Shown here: in pieces, positions 1 through 8,200 of the stretch
How the letters are laid out: each line of letters begins with the position of its first letter
How positions within the stretch are numbered: position 1 is the first letter of the stretch
Source: Candidatus Falkowbacteria bacterium RIFOXYA2_FULL_47_19
Lineage (GTDB): Bacteria; Patescibacteriota; Patescibacteriia; Patescibacteriales; UBA12075
DNA: 64,000 bases
Reading direction: 5' to 3'
Assembly: GCA_001780275.1 (NCBI GenBank)
Contig: MFGB01000022.1
Coordinates: 1,249 to 65,248, forward strand
Program-made: the position numbers and the translations under genes
Notes under the pieces: model-generated
Database searches by the model: none
Told to the model about the DNA's origin: nothing
The model's input: only the letters and a program-made list of their open reading frames with translations

Positions 1-3000
1 TGCGCCGCCGTATAATTAACCGTATAAGTCGTATTATTTATTTTCGTTAAAGCGCCGGTGGAACTCGTGGCCCAGTTAATAGAAGAAGTATCCAAGGAAT
101 AAATATCCGCATCAGCCGAAACCGTAATCGTGGCCGTGAGCGTGTCGCCGATGCCGTATAGCAGATCCGGTGCGGTCATGGACGTGATCGCCGGCGCATT
201 AGCGTCTATGGAGCCACTCGCGAAATTACTGCTTGAAGTTGCGCTTTTGTTGCCGTAAAGATCGACTAAGGAAATAGAATAAGGTATTGTTCCGGTCGCC
301 CGGTCGGTCTGTCCCGGCGCTACCGTATAATCCACGGTAAAAGTCGTATTATCGGCTTTCAATATATTCGTGACCGCTCCCCCGTTAATCGTTGAACCAG
401 GCCCGATGTTTAGATTGCCCGCCTCGCTCGCGACGGTCATAGTCGCGCGCAGGGTGTCGCCGATCGCATACATCAGGTTAGCGGTAATAATCCCGGAAAT
501 AGACGGCGCCGTATTATCAATCGTCAGCGTCGTGGTCGCTAAAGGCGTTTGGTCGGCCGTAAAATCGTTAGCGGTCAGGCGCAAACAATAAGTTTCGCCG
601 TTAGCCGCGGGCAGATCCGTATCGGACGACCAATCCACGTTGACGGTATTAAGACCGGAATTCGTCAGGATATGCGCGTATGGATCGGGTGCCAGGTACC
701 TGACAATAACTATACCCGAACCTCCGGCGCCGCCGGTACTGACCGAGCCTCCGCCTCCGCCACCCGTGCCGTCGGTACCGGCCGTGCCGACGCCCGTGGA
801 ACTCCCCGCGCCGCCGCCGCCCTGCCCGCCTGAACCGGCGGTATATCCGGAAGACGCGCCACCGCCGCCCCCTCCTCCGAACCAGCCGGCCGGCGAACCG
901 CCGACGCTTGCGAATTGTGAATATTCCCTGCCGTCGCCGCCGTTTCCGCCGCCGGTAACTAGGCCGTCCTGGCCGACCGCTCCCGCGCCGCCGCCGCCGC
1001 CGTTCCTTCCCGGAGCCACGCCGCCACCATCATAAGAAGCTCCGCCGACGTTACCGTAACCACCGGAAGCGGATCCGGGCTGATTACCCGCTCCGCCCGC
1101 TTCTCCTGAATAACCCGAGCCGCCGCCGCCGGAACCGCCGGCCGTGCCGGCGGTCGCGTGCGGTCCCGCGCCGCCGCCGCCTAAAGCCGTCAAAGTATCA
1201 AATACCGTATTGCCACCCGGGCCACCGACCGTGGCCGTCGTGCCCGGGGTTCCGCCCGCGCCGACCGTGATAGCGTATGATCCAGCGGTAACGGCATAAG
1301 CGTCGTCATAAACGATCCCGCCGGAGCCGCCGCCGCCGCGGCCCGCGGTTCCACCCGTTCCGCCGGCGGCGCCGCCGCCGACAATGAGTACCTCTACATC
1401 GCCCGAACCTGATTCTACCGCGAAAGTTCCGTCGCCCATGAAAGTATGGACTATATATCCCCCCTCTTCCGTGATCGTGCCGCCGGTCGCCGTAATCCCG
1501 CCAGTCGGAATATCGCCGATCTGGTACGGACTGGAATTATAAACGGTCGGATCCCCGTAAGTAGCGGTGATATTGGCGTCCGTTTCGTCAATGGTCGGAT
1601 CGTGCGAAAAAAAGTCGGAACAATCGGTGGAGGTCGCCCACTCTAATTTCGCCCGGGAGGGATCCCAGTCGTTATCCGTAATTTCTACCGAGATATCAAC
1701 GATACCCGAACCGTCCGTTCTCTGCTCTACCGAATCAAAACTTCCCGTGGGCGGGGTTTTAAGCTCCATGGAAAATGCCACCAGATTATGAGTGGTTATA
1801 CTTGGCGCCCCCGCAACGTCCACGGTTTCCCGCATTTCCGCGGTAATCGTGTGGTCGCTCTGCGACAATGACCCGAGATAAAAATTATGATGAACGTTTT
1901 CATCGTCAACCCCGTTCGGCAATTCCCGCCTAAGATCCGGAAAACCGTTCGGAACGGACGAACCGTCAACCGTCAACCGACTCTGGATCACTTTCGTATT
2001 TTCCGCCACATCAGCCACTTCCTGCGACCATATTAAATGATCGCCGGCAGTTTTGGCCGTAAATGATGTAGTCGTAGCCGGATACCAGGTGTTTTGGACA
2101 GCTAAAGACACTGGATCGGTTGAATAGCCAACATAATGACTCTGGAATTTATTTAAATTAATAGCGAAAATCGCCGAATAGTCCCAATCATGGGAAGCCG
2201 CCGTCGCGACGCCGGCTTCAACGCGCCAGGTTTTCGTGCCCGCGATATTGGCGCCGGTCATAAGCACGATCGGCCGATAATCAAGCGTGTCTTCACCTTC
2301 ATAACGCACCTGGTTATAAGCGACGCTGTCGGTAGTATTGTTGAGACGCATCATAAAATCATTGGTCTCGGTAGCGTCTATCAGAAAATGCCCCATCCCA
2401 AGCATCATCCAGTCATTACCTCCCCCATCAATCGTTATACTTGAACCGGCACTCCAATTCGGATTCAGGGGTAAATTGCCGGAATGTGTGCTCGTGGCAT
2501 AATACCAATCGGTATTTTCCACCAGATCGTCAGAAAGATTAATGACAAAAGCCTGATAACCGGTAGCGTAGTATGTCAGGGCAGTGGCGCTGGTCACCTG
2601 CACGTTTATATCCTCGCCGGCCACGGCGGTCCAGACCGTAAAAAACTGGTATCCATGTCCGGTATAGGTCGCTAAGGTCCTTCTTGATTCCCAGCGATGG
2701 ATAGAGTCCGCGAATACCGTAGCGCCATGCAAAACCTGCGCCATGGCATTGCCGTTCGCGTTTGAATTATTAAGGCTGAAATTAATGGATATCAGATACT
2801 TTTTCCCGGCCGTAAAAGTAGTGGAAGCTATCTGATATCCGGCGATCGGAGCCCAAACTCCGGCTCCCAGCGCGCCGGAATAAGCGGTATTATCATTTTT
2901 ATAATAGTGCCCGATCGCGCCCGGATTGTCGGAAGCGATTTGCCAGTGGCGATTTTCCCAGCCCAAGGCTGATCCGCCTTGGGCGGAGATTGCTGTTAAC

Positions 3001-4130
3001 GGACCTAATAAATAAAACTCGGGAGATATGTCGGGAGCGTCGAAAGTATATTCCATGATCATTTCGTCGCCGGCCTTTAAATTGACATCTGAAAATATTA
3101 ATCGCTGTTCATCGTCAGAATTTCCAATTTCCAATTTCCAATTTCCAATTTCCTGATTATCAGCATCCCTTAACTCAGGGTCGATGATCCGAAAATTAAT
3201 TGGCACTATTTCGATTAAATTACCCTCATAATCTTCGTTAGCCTTAACATTAATCTTCATCTTATACTCCGCCTTCGGATTGATCCGGGTCGGGCCTTCG
3301 CGCCTGACAATAAACGGCAGTTCTTTTTTCACTTCTATTTTATCCGTAATCGTCCGCTGGCCGTTGACCGTGTCGGCAATAACCGTAATATTATAAACTC
3401 CGGTATCTTCAAGTTCATAATTAGCGTAATAATCCGGCGTATCAATAATATTATTAAGTCCGCAGGCCGGATTACGGGTAATCGTACCGTCCGCGGTGGA
3501 TAAAACCATCTTGCCCCAGCCCGGCTCGTCTATCTCTATAGTTAAGTCGGCGGTGCAGATCGTATCGCCCTCGTCGTCCAGAACGGCCGCCTGAAGATAG
3601 GCGGTGTCTCCCGGTAAATATAAAGATTGGTCCGGATTGAAAGCCAAAACTCCCCAGAGAAAATCCTGGGTAAAAACTATTTCTTCGCCGCCTGTCATAA
3701 CCGCATCCTTGACCGCAATCCTGACCGTGTGTTTTCCCGGCTTCATCGTTCTTCCGGTTCCGCTCAATTTAACCGAAAATTTCCCGTTCTTATTATAAAT
3801 GACCTCCGGAGTTAAACCGCTCTCCGGTGCGTCAGCCAGCTCGGCCTTGATCTCCGTATTCTTATATTCATCAACTATAACTCCCTTAAAAAACGCGCCT
3901 ACGCCTCCCCAAATACCTCGCTGTTTTTTAAACCTGAATTCCATTTCCGGCGTTTCGTTCACGGCAAAATCGGTTTGTTCGGATTGCAAACTCAGCTCAA
4001 AACCGTCTTTAATATGAATATTTTCGTCGCCGGCCAGAACTTGCCCTGTTCCGAAAAAAACAAAAAACATCGCTGTTGTTAACAGTGTCCATGTTTTTAT
4101 CTGTCTGAATTTTTTGTTTTGGATTTGCAT
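1..4130 (-). CDS. Giant secreted surface protein, N-terminal 1376 codons (3' end lies beyond the left edge); paralog of 5292..12131; contains a glycine-rich domain
   Basis: Absent from the supplied track because it has no stop codon inside the window. My own translation of the minus strand from the ATG at 4130-4128 stays open to position 1: MQIQNKKFRQIKTWTLLTTAMFFVFFGTGQVLAGDENIH... (signal/TM). Blocks FLWGVLAFNPDQSLYLPGDTAYLQAAVLDDEGDTIC, YTFDAPDISPEFYLLGPL and ENRHWQIASD align with the 2279-aa ORF. A Gly-rich stretch (about 695-1390) ends in GGAGGSGIVIVRY. Confidence 0.85.
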   Translation of the reverse strand, partial: MQIQNKKFRQIKTWTLLTTAMFFVFFGTGQVLAGDENIHIKDGFELSLQSEQTDFAVNETPEMEFRFKKQRGIWGGVGAFFKGVIVDEYKNTEIKAELADAPESGLTPEVIYNKNGKFSVKLSGTGRTMKPGKHTVRIAVKDAVMTGGEEIVFTQDFLWGVLAFNPDQSLYLPGDTAYLQAAVLDDEGDTICTADLTIEIDEPGWGKMVLSTADGTITRNPACGLNNIIDTPDYYANYELEDTGVYNITVIADTVNGQRTITDKIEVKKELPFIVRREGPTRINPKAEYKMKINVKANEDYEGNLIEIVPINFRIIDPELRDADNQEIGNWKLEIGNSDDEQRLIFSDVNLKAGDEMIMEYTFDAPDISPEFYLLGPLTAISAQGGSALGWENRHWQIASDNPGAIGHYYKNDNTAYSGALGAGVWAPIAGYQIASTTFTAGKKYLISINFSLNNSNANGNAMAQVLHGATVFADSIHRWESRRTLATYTGHGYQFFTVWTAVAGEDINVQVTSATALTYYATGYQAFVINLSDDLVENTDWYYATSTHSGNLPLNPNWSAGSSITIDGGGNDWMMLGMGHFLIDATETNDFMMRLNNTTDSVAYNQVRYEGEDTLDYRPIVLMTGANIAGTKTWRVEAGVATAASHDWDYSAIFAINLNKFQSHYVGYSTDPVSLAVQNTWYPATTTSFTAKTAGDHLIWSQEVADVAENTKVIQSRLTVDGSSVPNGFPDLRRELPNGVDDENVHHNFYLGSLSQSDHTITAEMRETVDVAGAPSITTHNLVAFSMELKTPPTGSFDSVEQRTDGSGIVDISVEITDNDWDPSRAKLEWATSTDCSDFFSHDPTIDETDANITATYGDPTVYNSSPYQIGDIPTGGITATGGTITEEGGYIVHTFMGDGTFAVESGSGDVEVLIVGGGAAGGTGGTAGRGGGGSGGIVYDDAYAVTAGSYAITVGAGGTPGTTATVGGPGGNTVFDTLTALGGGGAGPHATAGTAGGSGGGGSGYSGEAGGAGNQPGSASGGYGNVGGASYDGGGVAPGRNGGGGGAGAVGQDGLVTGGGNGGDGREYSQFASVGGSPAGWFGGGGGGGASSGYTAGSGGQGGGGAGSSTGVGTAGTDGTGGGGGGSVSTGGAGGSGIVIVRYLAPDPYAHILTNSGLNTVNVDWSSDTDLPAANGETYCLRLTANDFTADQTPLATTTLTIDNTAPSISGIITANLMYAIGDTLRATMTVASEAGNLNIGPGSTINGGAVTNILKADNTTFTVDYTVAPGQTDRATGTIPYSISLVDLYGNKSATSSSNFASGSIDANAPAITSMTAPDLLYGIGDTLTATITVSADADIYSLDTSSINWATSSTGALTKINNTTYTVNYTAA
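2961..2984. repeat. Intragenic palindrome GCCCAAGG-N8-CCTTGGGC
   Basis: 8-bp perfect arms read directly from the sequence. It encodes part of ISAQGGSALGW, just N-terminal of the conserved ENRHWQIASD block. Confidence 0.8.
3119..3153. repeat. Heptamer tandem repeat (AATTTCC)x5 inside the giant ORF
   Basis: Five exact 7-nt units. On the coding strand this is (GGAAATT)n, translated as QEIGNWKLEIGN. Confidence 0.95.
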
Positions 4131-4136
4131 TTGACT

Positions 4137-4172
4137 AAGCCACTCGGTGGCTCTAAGGCCACCGAGTGGCTT
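4137..4172. repeat. REP-like 36-nt palindrome, copy 1 (also the likely terminator of the transposase gene)
   Basis: AAGCCACTCGGTGG-CTCTAAGG-CCACCGAGTGGCTT. It lies between the stop of 4181..4885 and the start of the giant ORF, and shares the 5' flank ACTAAGCC with copy 2. Confidence 0.8.
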
Positions 4173-4180
4173 TATTAGCT

Positions 4181-4885
4181 TTATTCCAACGAATATTTTT
4201 TCAACTCCTCTTTAATCTGTCTAGAATTCTTAATCGTTTCGTTTGCGTATTTCCGATAATCGCCAACGCTATCAAACTCTTTTAAAATAATTTTTTTATC
4301 ACACAAGGCCCCTGCTCGCTTGCCCAAATAATCCGGGTAACTCGACCACTGATAACTTTCCGCTTTAGCGATCCCGTGTATCTCCGCGTTGCCGTTAATA
4401 TAGGCCGAAGCGTACGATAATTGCCAGTCGGAGCTAACAGCGACGGATTTGAATTTTCCCTGAAATAAACAGCCGGAGCGTTTGAATTTTTTATTAAAAT
4501 ATTGAGAATATCCCATCATCAGCTTATGCATATACTTTGATATTCCATTATCAACTTTTTGCTCTAAAAGAAAATGGTAATGATTTGGATTTAAACAATA
4601 AGCGATCAATCTAACTAAGCCACCCGGTGGCTCCGAAGCCACCGGGTGGCTTTCCCTTGCTTTTTCAAAAGCAAACAAACTTCCGATATTCTGTTTACGA
4701 TTAAACTCCCTCATGCTCCTTAAAAACCGCACATAATCCTTTTCATCGCCGAAAATCTCCCGCTTGTCCACGCCGCGATTATAGATATGATAATATTCCC
4801 CTGTCTCAAATTTTACTTTACGCATTTTCTTAAAACCAGATTCGGCCATCCGGCAGTTCTGCAGCGAACCGCCGGATGGCTCCAT
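4181..4885 (-). CDS. RayT/IS200-like Y1 (HUH) transposase family protein
   Basis: YYHIYNRG; HUH motif NPNHYHFLL; GCLFQGKFKS; Tyr region SAYINGNAEIHG; YQWSSY. This is the pattern I recognise from COG1943-type REP-associated tyrosine transposases. The more likely start is the M at 4825 (MRKVKFETGEYYHIY). Confidence 0.75.
   Translation of the reverse strand: MEPSGGSLQNCRMAESGFKKMRKVKFETGEYYHIYNRGVDKREIFGDEKDYVRFLRSMREFNRKQNIGSLFAFEKARESHPVASEPPGGLVRLIAYCLNPNHYHFLLEQKVDNGISKYMHKLMMGYSQYFNKKFKRSGCLFQGKFKSVAVSSDWQLSYASAYINGNAEIHGIAKAESYQWSSYPDYLGKRAGALCDKKIILKEFDSVGDYRKYANETIKNSRQIKEELKKYSLE
4617..4652. repeat. REP-like 36-nt palindrome, copy 2, in frame inside the transposase ORF
   Basis: AAGCCACCCGGTGGCT-CCGA-AGCCACCGGGTGGCTT. 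It differs from copy 1 by a compensatory pair (T..A versus C..G) and encodes SHPVASEPPGGL, upstream of the HUH motif. Confidence 0.85.
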
Positions 4886-4922
4886 CGGCTTTTCTTATTC
4901 TTAACGAATAATAAACTTAACT

Positions 4923-5052
4923 GTGTCATTCTGAACGGATCCGCCAACGGGCGGAGGAGTGAAGAATCCCGCGATCGTCGCGCCGTTCCGTTGTTATTCA
5001 GGACGTTGCCATGCCCCCGGGATTCTTCGGCCTCGGGGCCTCAGAATGACAC
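4923..5052. repeat. MITE-like nested palindrome (130 bp)
   Basis: Terminal inverted repeats GTGTCATTCTGA (4923-4934) / TCAGAATGACAC (5041-5052). Inner inverted repeat GAAGAATCCC (4961-4970) / GGGATTCTTC (5019-5028). Confidence 0.7.
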
Positions 5053-5066
5053 TTTTTGCCAACCCT

Positions 5067-5153
5067 GGAAGAGTGAATAAAACCGTAAAATTCGGGCGAA
5101 ATAAAACCGATGTTAATGCATGGGGATACATTAACGGCCTTATTCACTCTTCC
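5067..5153. repeat. Long-stem inverted repeat, possible structured RNA
   Basis: Perfect 14-bp arms GGAAGAGTGAATAA (5067-5080) / TTATTCACTCTTCC (5140-5153), with an internal 7-bp hairpin GTTAATG..CATTAAC. No known RNA family recognised. Confidence 0.4.
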
Positions 5154-5213
5154 GGAGAGGCAAATTTAAAATTTCAAATTACCAAAAAATTCTCCATACA
5201 TTTTATACCCGTA

Positions 5214-5241
5214 GCGCAATATCCAATATCTAATATCCAAT
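5214..5241. repeat. 7-nt-phased repeat GCGCAATATCCAATATCTAATATCCAAT (copy 1 of 2)
   Basis: 28 nt identical to 60633-60660. Heptamers CAATATC/CAATATC/TAATATC/CAAT. Intergenic, just 3' of the giant ORF stop. Confidence 0.95.
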
Positions 5242-5291
5242 TTCTGTTTTAAAATTTATTGATCACTGTTTATTGAGCCTACGCCCATAAC

Positions 5292-8200
5292 TTATTCACC
5301 ACCATCGTCGTTGCGCCATCTATAATGCACTTGCTCAACATAAGGAAACCGCACCTGGAAAATATCCGCGTAAGTATCGGAGTCAAAGCGCCCGCTGTCA
5401 TTGCCGCTTATTACCTCTACCGTATAATTCGTAGCGGTCAACGCGAAGGTCTTGTTGAATAAAATTTTAAAATCCAAGGTGCAGGTCGTACCGGCGCAGT
5501 TAGAGTCGCTATTAACCGACAGCTCGGCCGAGTCTAAGGCGTCGGTGCCGATCTCATAAAAAGCATCAGCCGTCTGGTCCCAATAGAATACGAGGTCGCT
5601 AAAAGGCGAAGCGCTGTCTAAATTATCGGCGAGCCGCAAAGTCGTGGAAGCGAGCGCCTGGTAGCCGTTCGTTTCCGACACCACCACCCGGAAATTCCAC
5701 TCCGTGGACGTGCCGGCAATAGCAATATTGCCCGCTTCCGGATTGGTAAAAGTAAGCGCGTCATTACTGACTGTGCTATTTGTCTTTATTGATATCTCGG
5801 ATGAAGTCGCTTTATTGCCGAAAGCGTCGTAAGACCAGATATTAAAATAATACCAGGTATCGGAATCGAGACCGGATACGGTCGTGGAAGAAACGTCGTT
5901 ATAATTATAACTATCTAAGGCCGCGTCGTCATGCTCTAAATTATCACCGACGACGTAATCCACCACCCCGGCCGCGCCTTTTTTGTAAAATATCTTATAC
6001 GCGTTCGTCGCCGGCTCGTTCGTATCGGTCGCGGGCGAGGCCGTATCAAAAATAAGTTTAATGCTATTAATAGTTACCTCGCCCTGAGTTAAAATTCCCG
6101 GCGCGGTCGGATCATAGTTGTCTATTATAAGTGTCACGGTCGTGGCGACGAGCTGATCATCCAGGCCGTCATTCACGGTGAGCCTTAAACAATGCGTGCT
6201 TGACGCGTACGGCTCGTCGGTCTTACCAAACCAATCAAAAGTAATTGTATTAGATCCGGGCGAAGTCAGTATCCAGTGGTCGGAGCTGCTTGTACCTACT
6301 TGATAAGGGTAATTATTATCAATCTCCGCCAGGCCAAAATCACGAGTAACACTCGTCGGGTCTAAAGTCGGGTCAAGTGATTCCGTAAAATCACAGGCCG
6401 CGCCTTCAGCGTACTCTATTTTCGCCCGGCAGGTATCGTCATTATTAGCGTCATCCACTTCAATGGAAATATCCACGATTCCGGAGCCGTCCGTCCTCTG
6501 TCCGATGTTAGCGAGGTTGAACCCACCCAAGGGCGCGTCATTAGTCATAATGTCCACGCGGGTTGAGCTCGCCCGGTTGCCGTTCTCGTCATAAGCCCAG
6601 ATCGCGAAACTGTATGTCGTCTTCGGGGAAAGATTGCCGATCGAAGTGGTTGCGGCAGAAAGAAAAAACTTGTCGCCCAGACTGGGATCACTGGAAGAAC
6701 TGAACACGCTGTCCGCTTCAGTCGGATCTGTGCCGTCGTAAAGCTGATAAAAAATCTTATATTCAACGAAGTTGGTTTCGGTTGTGGTCGCGCCGAAAGC
6801 GAGGGTCGTGGTCGCCCCGGTCCGCGCCGATAAACTTAAAGCCCCGGGCGCGGTCGGATTTTTCGTGTCTATGTAAACGGTCGTCGTGGCCGGAGTCTCC
6901 TGATCTAAATTAAGATCGTTAGCCGTTATCTGAAGACAATAATCTCCCTCCACCGCCCCCAAGCTTTCGCGCGCAGACCAGTCAAAAAATACCGAATTGG
7001 ACCCTGAGGCGGTCACGATATAACCGTCAACCGTGCCGATCTGGTAGGTCTCGCTATTATCAATATACGGGTCGCCCCAGTCGGCCGTAATATTCCCGTC
7101 CGTTTCGTCCAAAACCGGATTGCCGGTGGTAAAAACGCAGGCCGTGCCGGTCGCGAATTCTATCTTGACGCGCAGGTCATGATCGTCCGGATCGTCAACT
7201 TCCAAACCGATATCAACCGTGCCGCTCATATCGGTTTTTTGCGTGGTAGAAGCCGTAATAAACGAACCGGTCGGCGGGCTATTCGTCCAGCCGTAAGTAT
7301 AAATAAGCTGGCCGTTCAGCTTAGCGCCGTCCGTTGCCGTCAATGTAGTATCGTCGGAATAACAAGCGTTATAAGACTGATTATCGGTCGTGTTCAATGA
7401 TGCCGTTACATCTTTATAAAACTCGGAAAAACTGTTAAAATCATCCGGCTCTAATCGGTAATTATTAGTGCAGGTCGGATTTCCGACAGACAAATTTGCG
7501 TCAACATAGTATACTGTACCGGCTGGCACATCCTTGGTGGAATAACTGTTCAAAAAACTTGCCAATAAACCGCCCGCCATGATCTGCTTGCCTGTCGTCT
7601 CCGGCATTACCGATCTCGCCGTCATTGTGGTGGTGCCGGTGATCGGCGACTCCGAAGACTGGCCGCCGAACAAATTAATGCTCGTTAAATAACCGCCCGA
7701 CTCATCTGTGTAAGTATATGTTATCATAAGCTCGGCCGATATTCCTCCGAACGTCGTGGTATTGAAGGTGGTATTAATTTTTACTTCTTTGGCGGTATTG
7801 GCATTAGCGCTTTCTAGTTCGGCATAATCGCTTGCCGGAATTATATGGATAATGTTGTAAGACGGTTTTATGACCGCGCCGTCGCCATTATAAGCATACA
7901 CTAGATTGGGGGTGGTGGTGGCGTTATCTCCGACCTTAGAAGACACGGACACGCTTAAGGCGGCCGTATTCGGATTTTGCGCGATTATCCTGAACCAGGC
8001 GCTCTTGACGCTTACTATGCCCGTACTGGCTCCATTTTCCGGAAAATACACGTTAGTTGAAGCGCTGGAAAGCGAAAGAGTGGCGCCGTTATTTATCACC
8101 CCGATCGGAAAAGAGACGGTTTTGGTTTTTATTGGCGCCGCGGAAGAAGCGATATAGGTTTCCGTCACTTCGCCGCCAAGAGAATAAAAGGTGCCGATAT

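Noticed and set aside
370-1384. Track ORFs 370..591, 549..833 and 640..1035 (Pro-rich) on the + strand, and 1190..1384 on the - strand.
   Set aside because: All lie inside the long open minus-strand frame of the giant protein. The Pro-rich + ORF is simply the antisense of the GGC-rich glycine domain.
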